Virus record (IMG/VR): IMGVR_UViG_3300037247_001118
Coordinates: 8,894-72,893 of that record
Strand: one strand, 5' to 3'
DNA: 64,000 nucleotides
Source of the DNA: a virus
The notes below the pieces were generated by a model. The model did no database searches, was not told where the DNA came from, and saw only the letters and a program-made list of their open reading frames with translations. How positions within the stretch are numbered: position 1 is the stretch's first letter; every line of letters starts with the position of its first letter. The position numbers and the translations under genes were made by a program. Of this stretch, positions 39,075 to 47,679 are shown one piece after another.

Positions 39075-39800
39075 ATGACACTAGCGAAGCAGTTACCGGA
39101 AGTACTACAGAACGAAGCGGTCGTCTTGGCGACGCAGGCTGTCGAGCGTGAGGAGGCGACGAGCATTAGGTTCGCTTCCACGGTGGAGCGCCTAACGATC
39201 AAGACTCCTAAGGAGTTGGAGGCCAGCACCGATCTGCTCGCGACTGTCAAGGCTCGGCAGAAGATACTGACAGATTCGCGCCTGTCGATCACCCGACCGA
39301 TGGACGAAGCTAAGAAGCAAGTCATGGCGCTATTCCAGCCCGCCGTAGACCGGCTAGCGACCGCCGAGCAGACCATCAAGGCGGCGGTGCTCACCTACAC
39401 CCAGGAGCAGCGGCACCTACAGGCTGAGGCGCAGGCGCAGCTCGACGCGGAGGCGGACCGTGAGCGGCTGCGCCTAGCAACCCTTGCGGAGAAGCAGCGC
39501 GGTGCCGGCAGGGACAACCGCGCCGAGGCGACCGAGGAACGGGCCGCAGATGTCCAGGCACCTACCGTAGCAGCAGCAGAGGCGCCGACTGGAGCCGTCC
39601 ACGTCCGTACGACCTGGCACGCTGAGGTGACGGATCTCGCGGCGTTGGCACTTGCGTGTGTGAAGCAGCAGCAATCGCTCACATTGATCCAGCCCAACAT
39701 GGCCGAGTTGAACGCATTGGCGCGGACGATAAAGGGAGGCCTTGCCATCCCCGGCGTCAAGGCGGTGTCGGAGGAAGGAGTCTCGGCGCGAGCCGGGTAG
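39075..39800 (+). CDS. Coiled-coil phage protein
   Basis: SITRPM..AKK, long coiled coil, and C-terminal IPGV. Confidence 0.7.
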   Translation: MTLAKQLPEVLQNEAVVLATQAVEREEATSIRFASTVERLTIKTPKELEASTDLLATVKARQKILTDSRLSITRPMDEAKKQVMALFQPAVDRLATAEQTIKAAVLTYTQEQRHLQAEAQAQLDAEADRERLRLATLAEKQRGAGRDNRAEATEERAADVQAPTVAAAEAPTGAVHVRTTWHAEVTDLAALALACVKQQQSLTLIQPNMAELNALARTIKGGLAIPGVKAVSEEGVSARAG

Positions 39801-39941
39801 TCATGATTACCGTCGGACCCCCAGCGTCACCGATCAGCTCGCTCTGGTGCGACGCCTGCGCCGAAGGTCGGCACGCCGACTGCGTGCGGCTCTGGGAGTG
39901 TACATGCTGGGCGTACGCCCGATGCTCCAAGGAGAAGCCCC

Positions 39942-40235
39942 GTGTCTAACGTCGGCCGCGAGAACTTCTACACGTGCGACGTCTGCGGCACCGTCATGGT
40001 GACCGTGGACGTGGACGAGGGCACGACGCCGATGCTGACCGACTGCCGCGCTGGTAGCTGCGACGGCATAGCGCACTCGGGCTGGTACGAGCCGAAGCCG
40101 GTAGGTGCCAGCACTGTCAAGTGGGAGTGGTACCGCCCGGCCAAGAAGACGACGCGCGGCCTGAGCACCGAGGACAAGCTGCACGTGTCGCTCGGCGGGC
40201 TGCTGCTGCGCCCGCGAAGTGGAGGAGGAGCATGA
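39942..40235 (+). CDS. Hypothetical Zn-binding protein
   Basis: YTCDVCG...TPM..C....C, WEWYRP. Confidence 0.6.
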   Translation: MSNVGRENFYTCDVCGTVMVTVDVDEGTTPMLTDCRAGSCDGIAHSGWYEPKPVGASTVKWEWYRPAKKTTRGLSTEDKLHVSLGGLLLRPRSGGGA

Positions 40236-40453
40236 CCAACGGATGCACCGTCACCTACAGCCGAGGCTGCCTGCAAGGCACCTGTCGGTACTCTTCGGGA
40301 CTTCAGAAGTCGAATCGGTGGGCGGCACTGAAGTTCGCCTGGCACACACTGTTCTGCCGCTGGGCACGGTGGCCGGAGCACAAGTCGCTACCGCCGGCAC
40401 CGAGGCGCTTCTACGTGTCCGATCCGAAGGGCCAGGACGAGGAGACGCCGTGA
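40232..40453 (+). CDS. Hypothetical protein
   Basis: ATGA overlap; GGAGGAGG RBS. Confidence 0.45.
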   Translation: MTNGCTVTYSRGCLQGTCRYSSGLQKSNRWAALKFAWHTLFCRWARWPEHKSLPPAPRRFYVSDPKGQDEETP

Positions 40454-40758
40454 CCAACCCGAACCTGCTGCTGCGCCTCGCGGTCATGGTCATTAGCGCC
40501 CCTAGCCGTGAGCACGCCGTTCAATTCTTCAGGGCGCTCTGCACCACGGACGCGGATGCGGCCGCGAGGTTGGGGGATTTCTTGATACAGGTGGTGCCCG
40601 ATCTGGAGGCGCTGCTGATGCCGATCTTCATGGAGGTGGTTGCGCAGCAGCCTCTCCCGCCGCCGTTCCTCTGGACCGACGCGGACTCGGCGGACACCGC
40701 AGAGTCCATCGACGCGCACCTACACGAAGGAGGAGACCATGGTCCAGCCACCCAGTGA
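40450..40758 (+). CDS. Hypothetical protein
   Basis: GTGA overlap; GAGGAG RBS. Confidence 0.45.
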   Translation: MTNPNLLLRLAVMVISAPSREHAVQFFRALCTTDADAAARLGDFLIQVVPDLEALLMPIFMEVVAQQPLPPPFLWTDADSADTAESIDAHLHEGGDHGPATQ

Positions 40759-41062
40759 CAGCCTCATTCTCCCGCCCGGCATCCGGCCGCCGAAGGCGAT
40801 CCCGAAGTGCCCCGGCTGCCAGGAGGAGTTCACACCCGGCCAGCTCATCGTCCACTTCATCGGTGCGGTGGCGCCGGGTGCGCTAAAGACAGCGCCGATT
40901 CACTTCGGCTGTGCTCTAGCGGCGGCGCAAGCCGCGGCTCAGCAGGCGGAGGAGGCGGAGGATGCGGAAGTGGCGCAGGAAGTAGAGGCGGGAGTAGAGG
41001 AGGCTAAGGCATGGGTACACGGCGACGTGGGAGCGGAGGCGGAGGCAGAGGAGTCTGACTAG
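40739..41062 (+). CDS. Hypothetical protein with CxxC...HxxC and an acidic tail
   Basis: CPGC...HFGC; GGAGGAG RBS. Confidence 0.55.
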   Translation: MVQPPSDSLILPPGIRPPKAIPKCPGCQEEFTPGQLIVHFIGAVAPGALKTAPIHFGCALAAAQAAAQQAEEAEDAEVAQEVEAGVEEAKAWVHGDVGAEAEAEESD

Positions 41063-41066
41063 CCCC

Positions 41067-41411
41067 ATGCGGTACCACGAGCACAGAATCACACTTGACG
41101 ACCGGGAGCGCCTTGCGCTTGACGTACTACTTGAGTCGCGGAAGGATGATTCGATGACTCCGCAGGCGGCGCGAGTTCTGCTGGGAATCCGATTTGGGGA
41201 GTTCATGGACTGCCTTGATGCCGCTAGGCGGAGGACAGATACCCGATCTATCAAAGGCCTCCCGCCCAAGGCGCTTGAACGCCTCAACGAGGCGATGGAT
41301 CGCGCCGACGAGTACGACGACGCTGGGCGACATGTGGGCAGCCCGGCGATACGCAACCGGTTCGAGTACGACGAGGAGCGCGGGATGTCGGCGATCCTGC
41401 CGCTGAAGTAG
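41067..41411 (+). CDS. Hypothetical protein
   Basis: 114-aa ORF in a packed gene array. Confidence 0.55.
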   Translation: MRYHEHRITLDDRERLALDVLLESRKDDSMTPQAARVLLGIRFGEFMDCLDAARRRTDTRSIKGLPPKALERLNEAMDRADEYDDAGRHVGSPAIRNRFEYDEERGMSAILPLK

Positions 41412-41420
41412 GAGGACGAG

Positions 41421-41615
41421 ATGCCGATCTACGAGTTTCTATGTGAGGACCCAGGGTGTCGGCACCACAAGGAGCGCTTTGACATGCTGAACATTGCCCC
41501 ACGGAATACGCTCGCGTGGTTTCGGCGAGCACCGTGCCCAGCCTGCGGCGGGCCCACGATACGTTGCGAGGTGCCATCGTCGCCGGCGTCGTTTCGGATG
41601 GGAGGTGCCAAGTGA
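41421..41615 (+). CDS. FmdB-like Zn-ribbon protein
   Basis: MPIYEFLC....C...CPACG. Confidence 0.75.
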   Translation: MPIYEFLCEDPGCRHHKERFDMLNIAPRNTLAWFRRAPCPACGGPTIRCEVPSSPASFRMGGAK

Positions 41616-41929
41616 ACGTCTATTTCGTCAACGCAGGCGAGGTCACGACCTACGAGCGCATTGCTGCCGACCTTCACGTGCCCGAGACGGGCTGCCTCGT
41701 TGAGCTCGTCGCGGCGCCTACGCGCAGCGCAGCCACCTACGCTATGTGGAAAGAGCACGAGCGCGACCTCGGTGACCTGCGCGACCAGCGCTGGGAGACG
41801 AAGCTGATCGCCAAGGGTGTGGACCGCGAGCGCGGCATCCTGCCGTACAACGATCCGCTGTGGCGGTCGCCGAAGCTCTGCGGGGCGGACTGCGAACCAG
41901 ACTGCGTACCGGAGGAGGCAGTAGTATGA
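41612..41929 (+). CDS. Hypothetical protein
   Basis: GTGA overlap; GGAGG RBS. Confidence 0.55.
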   Translation: MNVYFVNAGEVTTYERIAADLHVPETGCLVELVAAPTRSAATYAMWKEHERDLGDLRDQRWETKLIAKGVDRERGILPYNDPLWRSPKLCGADCEPDCVPEEAVV

Positions 41930-42288
41930 CCAACCGATTCTACATCGGCAAGAAGGACCAGGCGGACTGCGAGTACTTGGAGGAGTGGATCGCGGACAAG
42001 ATTCCGCACCCATCTGCTGGCCAAAAGTGTGAGTGTGACAAGGATATCCACGCGCACGAGTCGGAGCCCGATGCTGAAGGTAAGGTTGAGATTGTGGACT
42101 GTCCAGAGCTGGCCACGGCGCATCTCTACCAGATCAAAGGCGACCACGTTTGCTACACTTTCGTCTGTCAGGACTGCTGCGAGGCGAATGCCTCTGAGGA
42201 GTACCTCGATGACCGGGAGTACCTCGATGACCGGGAGTACCCCGTCACCGGCAGTGGCCACGCGGTGACGCCGAGGCACTGCGCGTGA
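41926..42288 (+). CDS. Cys-rich hypothetical protein
   Basis: ATGA overlap; contains an 18-nt tandem duplication. Confidence 0.55.
   Translation: MTNRFYIGKKDQADCEYLEEWIADKIPHPSAGQKCECDKDIHAHESEPDAEGKVEIVDCPELATAHLYQIKGDHVCYTFVCQDCCEANASEEYLDDREYLDDREYPVTGSGHAVTPRHCA
42199..42241 (+). repeat. 18-nt perfect tandem duplication (EYLDDR x2)
   Basis: GAGTACCTCGATGACCGG twice plus a partial third copy. Confidence 0.9.
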
Positions 42289-42779
42289 TGGCCAAGCTGT
42301 ACCTGATCGGCTCACTGCGGAACCCCGAAGTCCCGCTCCTGGCCAACCGCATCCAGGACCTCGGCTTCGATGTGTTCTCAGATTGGTACGCTGCTGGAGA
42401 GCGGGCCGACGACTGCTGGCAGGACTACGAGACGGTACGTGGCCGTTCCTACGCTGAGGCGCTGCGCGGCTACGCTGCCAGGCACGTGTTTGACTTCGAT
42501 CACCACCACCTGGATACCTCGGACGCCGCAGTGCTGCTACTGCCGGCCGGCAAGTCGGGGCACCTTGAGCTCGGCTACATCCGCGGCCAGGGCAAGCCCG
42601 GGTACGTGCTGTTCGACGCCGTCCCCGACCGGTGGGACGTGCTCTACCAGCTAGCGACGGACGTGTTCTTCGAGCAGGAGGCGCTGCTCGGCGCGCTGAC
42701 CGCGCTGCTGGCGTCGACCAACGTGCGGGACTGGCAGGCGTCGGAGGCTCAACGAGAAGGAGGATTTTATGTCAGCTGA
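42285..42779 (+). CDS. Nucleoside 2-deoxyribosyltransferase-like protein
   Basis: LYLIGS...FDFD...SDAAVLLLPAGKSGHLELGY. Confidence 0.75.
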   Translation: MMAKLYLIGSLRNPEVPLLANRIQDLGFDVFSDWYAAGERADDCWQDYETVRGRSYAEALRGYAARHVFDFDHHHLDTSDAAVLLLPAGKSGHLELGYIRGQGKPGYVLFDAVPDRWDVLYQLATDVFFEQEALLGALTALLASTNVRDWQASEAQREGGFYVS

Positions 42780-43155
42780 AGAAGACGCACGACAAGACGT
42801 ACTCGACGCGGTCGAGCGGCTCCGGGGGCCCGCGAGCCTACTGCCCCCGGTGCGGGTCCAGCGCCAGTACGAGTTCGAGCGCTTGCTGGACGCGTATGTG
42901 GAGGTGGCTACTGAGGACGCGTTTAACGGTGGCGTCTCGGCCGGCAAGAGCGACGGCTTCGATATCGGCAAGGACGAAGGCCACAATGAGGGCATCGTGG
43001 AGGGCAGGGAAGAGGGCGAGCGGGAAGGCGACGCGGCCGGCTACGCTCGGGGATACGATCAGGGGAAGGCGGAGGGCTCCCGCTTGGGCGACGAGGAGGG
43101 CTACGCGCGCGGCTACCGAACCGGCTTTGATGCGGCGGAGAGGGGGAGGCTGTAG
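42769..43155 (+). CDS. GxxxG-repeat (FliH/Yae1-like) protein
   Basis: Long G-x-x-x-G periodic helix. Confidence 0.65.
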   Translation: MSAEEDARQDVLDAVERLRGPASLLPPVRVQRQYEFERLLDAYVEVATEDAFNGGVSAGKSDGFDIGKDEGHNEGIVEGREEGEREGDAAGYARGYDQGKAEGSRLGDEEGYARGYRTGFDAAERGRL

Positions 43156-43156
43156 C

Positions 43157-43624
43157 ATGACCGCAGTAATCGCAATCGCCGGAATCCTAGTTCTGATAGG
43201 CGCGTGGCTGCGTCCCGAGCCCCGTCGGCTGCCAGAACCCTGCCCATGCAAGCACCTGCCCTACGAGACACTGGTGGACGATCTGGAGCGGTGCCACGAG
43301 GAGCGGCTGCGCGTCCTGGCGGAGAACGAGCGGCTGGCGGCTGTGAAGAACGACATGTACGGTCACCCGATTTGGTTACTGGGAGACACAGGGTACGGTG
43401 TCAGCGTTTCGGTCTACACTCAGGGGGATGGTCCGCCTACGCCCGATTTCACGCTCTTCCACCACAGCGATGGCTTTCGGCAGGCGCTGTTCTCAGTAAC
43501 CGCACGCGGGATGTTTTCGGAGAGGCGGGGTCCAGAGGTCCATAACGTCTTCGAGCACCGCGTGGCTGGCGTGCTGGCGGTAGCCGAGGAGTGTTCCGCT
43601 GAAGCAGCGGAGGAGGACCGTTAG
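43157..43624 (+). CDS. Hypothetical protein with an N-terminal membrane anchor
   Basis: MTAVIAIAGILVLIGAW; GGAGG RBS. Confidence 0.55.
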   Translation: MTAVIAIAGILVLIGAWLRPEPRRLPEPCPCKHLPYETLVDDLERCHEERLRVLAENERLAAVKNDMYGHPIWLLGDTGYGVSVSVYTQGDGPPTPDFTLFHHSDGFRQALFSVTARGMFSERRGPEVHNVFEHRVAGVLAVAEECSAEAAEEDR

Positions 43625-43703
43625 CCATGATAACACACTGCCCACGTTGCGGACGCAAGAGCTTAGTGATGACTGACGGGCGCAGCTACTGCGTGCGCGC
43701 TGC

Positions 43704-44120
43704 GTGCGGGTACAGCTCGTGAGGCGACTCACCGACAAGCAGCAGGCGAAGCGCATCGGCCGCATCATGGAGCGATGGCTCCGGCGCCTGGATTTATACA
43801 ACACGTGGGCCGTCAGTGTCGAGGTAGTGTGCCCATCCGACCTTCCTAAAGACGCACTTGCGTCAGTTGACCTCAGCCTGCCCTACCAGCGGGCGACGAT
43901 CAAGGTCAACCGCAGCTACCTGGCCAAGGCTCCCGACGGCGACCTAGAGCACAATCTGCTGCACGAGCTGGTACATCTCGTGCTCCAGCCACTCACCATC
44001 GTGGCTGAGAAGCACATCCCGAAGGACACCAAGGCGCAGTTCCAGTACGCCCACGAGTCGGTGACGGACGCGATTACGCACCTGCTACTGTGGGACAGCA
44101 AAGGCGAGCGCAACCGATGA
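43704..44120 (+). CDS. HExxH zinc metallopeptidase-like protein
   Basis: LLHELVHL with a downstream E (HESV). Confidence 0.7.
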   Translation: MRVQLVRRLTDKQQAKRIGRIMERWLRRLDLYNTWAVSVEVVCPSDLPKDALASVDLSLPYQRATIKVNRSYLAKAPDGDLEHNLLHELVHLVLQPLTIVAEKHIPKDTKAQFQYAHESVTDAITHLLLWDSKGERNR

Positions 44121-46072
44121 CTCAGGGACTCATCATCGTAGGCGACGTCCTCGACGGCCTAGCGCGGCTGGACGACAACTCGGTTGATGTTGTCGTTACG
44201 GATCCGCCGTACGAGCTCGCCTTCATGGGGTCCAAGTGGGATGCGACGGGAGTGGCCTTCCGCCAGGAGACCTGGGAGGCGTGCCTGCGCGTCCTGAAGC
44301 CTGGCGGGCACCTGATCGCATTCGGCGGCACCCGCACGCATCACCGGATGTGGTGTGCCATCGAGGACGCGGGCTTCGAGGTACGGGACATGTTGACCTG
44401 GATGTACGGTACAGGATTTCCGAAGTCGCTGGACGTGAGCAAGGCTATCGATAAGGCGGCAGGGGCGGAGCGGAAGGTGATTGGGGTGAATCCGCACCAT
44501 AGACCTCGTAGTCACATGGAGGAAAATACTTGGCGTCAGGCAGAGGGTCGAGGTGCCAGTCCTATGAGTTCGCCAGACCTCACCACCCCGGCTACCGACG
44601 AAGCCAAGCAGTGGGAGGGATATGGCACGGCGCTCAAGCCCGCTGTCGAGCCCATCCTGTTGGCGCGGAAGCCGCTGTCGGAGCCGACGGTCGCGGTCAA
44701 CGTCCTCAAGTGGGGGACTGGAGCCTTGGCGATTGACGCGACGAGGATTGGGACGGAAAAGATCACACAGCACGGTCGGGATGATAGTGAGAATCGTGCG
44801 ATGTCTGGACGCAATTACGCCGAACCTGCGGGTCGTGAATGGGTTGGGCGCTGGCCCGCGAACGTGATCTTCGAGTGTACCTGCGACGACCCCCAGCCGT
44901 TGCCGGAGAAGGCGCGCGAGCGCAAGGGCGAGCCGACGCAGAGCAAGCTGTACAAGGACGCGGGCGCTACCAACTTCGCCGCCAAGCCAGGAGCCGTACG
45001 CCGCGAAGGCGGCGGCTTCGTCCACCAGCCGGACTGTCCGGCGGGGATGCTGGACGCGCAGAGTGGGAAACTGCATGCTCCTGTTAGTAGTGGTCGGAAG
45101 GGTGCTGCCTCGGCGAGCGGATTCCTCGGTGAACTCGGCGCTCAGTCACAGGAGCGTAACTATGATGACTCCGGCGGCGCCTCCCGGTTCTTCTTCACTG
45201 CCCGATCCTCTCAGGACGAGTTGCTTCTTTGCCGAGCAAAGGCTATAATGGAGGCATGGAATCCCGACCTTGCGAACACTGTGGACAGCTCTTCTTGCCT
45301 GTCAAGCGAAGCCGTCGTTTCTGCTCTAAGCGATGCAGTGGTCGTGGCCAGTTGCGGGGAAATGCGCGTAAACGAATGCCAGGTACCTTCTACAGGCGCA
45401 ACGCCGAGCGCGTTAAGGCGGCTATGCGAAAACGCTATCATTCTGACCCTGAGTACCGAGCCAAAATCCTTGCCCGCGTCATTTCGTATCGACACGGTAC
45501 CATCGAAGGTCAGCCGTGCGAAACGTGCGGCGCGGAAAAAGCCGACCGGCACCACGACGACTACTCCAAGCCGCACGAGTTCCGATGGCTATGCCGTCGT
45601 TGTCACATTGGCTACCATCGGAAGCAGTACGGAAGCTGGGGCAGCGGGCTCCGCAACAAGGTTCCGCTACGCGGCGAAAGCGTCACGCGCTGAGCGCGAA
45701 CGCGGCCTGGAGGACTTCGAGCCGGTCACAGGCGCAGAGGCGGTCAACCGCAAGCCCGACACCGCCGGCCTGAAGTCGCCGCGTGCTGGCGCTGGACGGT
45801 CAGCTAAGGAGATTCGCAACACGCATAATACGGTCAAACCTATCGCCCTGATGCGCTGGCTGGTGCGGCTGGTCACGCCACCAGGCGGTTTGGTACTCGA
45901 CCCCTTCTGCGGTAGCGGCTCGACGCTGATCGCCGCCCGCGAGGAGGGGCACGACTTCGTCGGCATCGACCTCAGCCCTGAGTATTGCCGCATCGCCGAG
46001 GCGCGAGTAGGCGGCGCAGAGCTAGTGGCGGTGGAGACATCAGAGGACACGGACCCGGAGTGGGAGGAGTAG
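44117..46072 (+). CDS. DNA N4/N6 methyltransferase (beta class) carrying a 158-aa in-frame insertion
   Basis: TDPPY, LKPGG, GFPKS, ALKPA.EPI, RWPAN, HNTVKP, VLDPFCGSGST. Confidence 0.92.
   Translation: MTQGLIIVGDVLDGLARLDDNSVDVVVTDPPYELAFMGSKWDATGVAFRQETWEACLRVLKPGGHLIAFGGTRTHHRMWCAIEDAGFEVRDMLTWMYGTGFPKSLDVSKAIDKAAGAERKVIGVNPHHRPRSHMEENTWRQAEGRGASPMSSPDLTTPATDEAKQWEGYGTALKPAVEPILLARKPLSEPTVAVNVLKWGTGALAIDATRIGTEKITQHGRDDSENRAMSGRNYAEPAGREWVGRWPANVIFECTCDDPQPLPEKARERKGEPTQSKLYKDAGATNFAAKPGAVRREGGGFVHQPDCPAGMLDAQSGKLHAPVSSGRKGAASASGFLGELGAQSQERNYDDSGGASRFFFTARSSQDELLLCRAKAIMEAWNPDLANTVDSSSCLSSEAVVSALSDAVVVASCGEMRVNECQVPSTGATPSALRRLCENAIILTLSTEPKSLPASFRIDTVPSKVSRAKRAARKKPTGTTTTTPSRTSSDGYAVVVTLATIGSSTEAGAAGSATRFRYAAKASRAERERGLEDFEPVTGAEAVNRKPDTAGLKSPRAGAGRSAKEIRNTHNTVKPIALMRWLVRLVTPPGGLVLDPFCGSGSTLIAAREEGHDFVGIDLSPEYCRIAEARVGGAELVAVETSEDTDPEWEE
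45221..45249 (+). promoter_or_regulatory. Internal promoter for the nested HNH gene
   Basis: TTGCTT-17-TATAAT; the ATG at 45256 is 7 nt downstream, consistent with a leaderless transcript. Confidence 0.6.
45256..45693 (+). CDS. Nested HNH/His-Me finger nuclease in an alternative frame
   Basis: CEHCG..FCSKRC zinc finger, basic helix, CETCG...RHHDDYSKPHEFRWLCRRCH...H. Confidence 0.8.
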   Translation: MESRPCEHCGQLFLPVKRSRRFCSKRCSGRGQLRGNARKRMPGTFYRRNAERVKAAMRKRYHSDPEYRAKILARVISYRHGTIEGQPCETCGAEKADRHHDDYSKPHEFRWLCRRCHIGYHRKQYGSWGSGLRNKVPLRGESVTR

Positions 46073-46075
46073 ATC

Positions 46076-46468
46076 ATGAGAGTGATAGTATGCGGTGATC
46101 GACGCTGGGACCTGCCCCGAGTTATCCAGGCGCGCCTGTTGAAGTTGCCGCTGTTCGCGGTTGTGATTCACGGGGCGGCGCCCGGTGCGGATACTGCTGG
46201 GGGACAGATTGCCGCTGCGTGCGGGTTCGGAGTTGAGCCGTACCCGGCGCATTGGCGACACACCGAGGACTGCCCACCGAACTGTTCTGAGTATGTGGGT
46301 CCAGGCGCCGGCCCAATCCGCAATCGGCGGATGCTCGCGGCGAAGCCGGATCTCGTCCTGGCGTTCCACGCCGACCTTGCGCACAGCAAGGGGACGAAGC
46401 ACATGGTGGGCATCGCCCGAAAGGCTGGGATTCCGGTAGAGATCATTACGGGGATGGAGGAGGAGTAG
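46076..46468 (+). CDS. YspA/SLOG (DUF2493) family protein
   Basis: MRVIVCGDR, IHGAAPGAD, AGPIRNRRM, KGTKHM. Confidence 0.88.
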   Translation: MRVIVCGDRRWDLPRVIQARLLKLPLFAVVIHGAAPGADTAGGQIAAACGFGVEPYPAHWRHTEDCPPNCSEYVGPGAGPIRNRRMLAAKPDLVLAFHADLAHSKGTKHMVGIARKAGIPVEIITGMEEE

Positions 46469-46470
46469 AT

Positions 46471-46743
46471 ATGACCGCAATTGAACGAGCCGAAGCACTG
46501 CTGGCGGAGAACGATCTTGAGTGTACGGGAGTGGCATACTGTACGCCGTGTCAGCGTGCGGAGAGGGCCGACAGCACGATTAAGGAGGAGGCAATCGCCA
46601 CTCTACGCGGCTACATCGGTGCTGTCAAGGCGTTGGAGGCGTGGGAGTCGGGTGGCTACATCGCAGAGTGGAAGCGCCTGCGCGGCGAGGCCATCGCCGA
46701 CTTCGAGCGCCTCTTCCCGGAGGCGCCGGCGAGCGCCGATTGA
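46471..46743 (+). CDS. Hypothetical protein
   Basis: 90 aa; strong RBS. Confidence 0.55.
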   Translation: MTAIERAEALLAENDLECTGVAYCTPCQRAERADSTIKEEAIATLRGYIGAVKALEAWESGGYIAEWKRLRGEAIADFERLFPEAPASAD

Positions 46744-46769
46744 CAGGCGGGGTTAATCAGGGGTATACT
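46740..46769 (+). promoter_or_regulatory. Sigma70-type promoter with an inverted TGATTAAC motif
   Basis: TTGACA-18-TATACT; GGTTAATCAG in the spacer. Confidence 0.65.
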
Positions 46770-46779
46770 ATAGGGCACC

Positions 46780-47679
46780 ATGCGAGTCGGTAGTCTCTTC
46801 TCAGGTATCGGCGGGATCGATCTTGGCCTTGAGCGGGCGGGCATGGAGGTCGTCTGGCAGTGCGAGATCGACTCCTACTGCCGCAAGGTGCTGGCTAAGC
46901 ACTGGCCTGACGTACACTGCTACGAGGATGTGAGGACGCTCGATGACACTACGCCGAAAGTTGACATCATCTGCGGAGGATTCCCCTGCCAGCCGGTCTC
47001 ACATGCGGGTCGGCGCAAAGGGATGCAAGACGACCGCTGGCTCTGGCCCGAGTTTGTGCGAGTCATACGCGCAGTTAGGCCCCGATGGGTCCTGGCTGAA
47101 AATGTACCAGGACTCCTTTCAATTGAAACTGGACGGCTCTTCGGTGGAGTGCTCAGAGACTTGGCCGAGAGCGGGTATGATGCGGAATGGGACTGCATAC
47201 CGGCGGCAGCCCTTGGTGCCCCGCACATCCGCGAGAGGGTCTTTCTCATTGCCCACACCGACAGCGATAGGGATGCAGCGCGGCAGCAAGAGCACACGCC
47301 CGCACGGCAATCTACACGACTTGGCGCGGACGGGGATGTGGCCCACGCCAGATACGGCTTTAGGGCCCCATGGGCCAAGGGGAGGGCGCACGAATCAGAG
47401 GGGGCATCAAGAGACGCTTCAAGACGCGGTGAAGCGCTGGCCAACGCCGCAGCAGAGCGATTGGAAGGGCCCCAACTATTCGGGCAGCGGCTCTCAGAGC
47501 AGCGAGGGCCTGAGCACCAAGGCTGGTGGGCAACTGAACCCGACGTGGGTCGAGTGGCTCATGGGGTTCCCGCCCGGGTGGACAGACTTAGAGGACTCGG
47601 CAACGCCGTCGTGCCCCAGGTCGCCGAGTACGTCGGACGGATGATCATGGAGGCTGACGCGAGTAGGAGGGTACGATGA
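46780..47679 (+). CDS. dcm: C5 cytosine DNA methyltransferase, alpha polypeptide
   Basis: LFSGIGG, GGFPCQ, ENV, HIRERVF, LGNAV; motif IX is absent from this frame. Confidence 0.93.
   Translation: MRVGSLFSGIGGIDLGLERAGMEVVWQCEIDSYCRKVLAKHWPDVHCYEDVRTLDDTTPKVDIICGGFPCQPVSHAGRRKGMQDDRWLWPEFVRVIRAVRPRWVLAENVPGLLSIETGRLFGGVLRDLAESGYDAEWDCIPAAALGAPHIRERVFLIAHTDSDRDAARQQEHTPARQSTRLGADGDVAHARYGFRAPWAKGRAHESEGASRDASRRGEALANAAAERLEGPQLFGQRLSEQRGPEHQGWWATEPDVGRVAHGVPARVDRLRGLGNAVVPQVAEYVGRMIMEADASRRVR
46943..47644 (+). CDS. Overlapping beta polypeptide of the C5 methyltransferase
   Basis: +1 frame, 233 aa, GAGGA RBS; repeated (W/L)PTP and motif-IX-like LNPTWVEWLMGFPPGWT. Confidence 0.75.
   Translation: MTLRRKLTSSAEDSPASRSHMRVGAKGCKTTAGSGPSLCESYAQLGPDGSWLKMYQDSFQLKLDGSSVECSETWPRAGMMRNGTAYRRQPLVPRTSARGSFSLPTPTAIGMQRGSKSTRPHGNLHDLARTGMWPTPDTALGPHGPRGGRTNQRGHQETLQDAVKRWPTPQQSDWKGPNYSGSGSQSSEGLSTKAGGQLNPTWVEWLMGFPPGWTDLEDSATPSCPRSPSTSDG

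Noticed and set aside
42632-43156. N-terminal extensions of ORF-track calls (also 15086, 27845, 31142, 34352, 50188, 59216)
   Set aside because: They overlap better-supported upstream genes; downstream starts with an RBS or stop-start overlap were used instead.
44159-45076. Long minus-strand ORFs (also 61626..62492, 56980..57810, 25788..26459)
   Set aside because: Antisense shadows of high-GC3 genes, lacking motifs and RBSs.
45185-45670. Intein or group I intron as the explanation for the methyltransferase insert
   Set aside because: No His-Asn-Cys/Ser/Thr splice junction, the nuclease is in a different frame, and no intron core was recognised. Not excluded experimentally.
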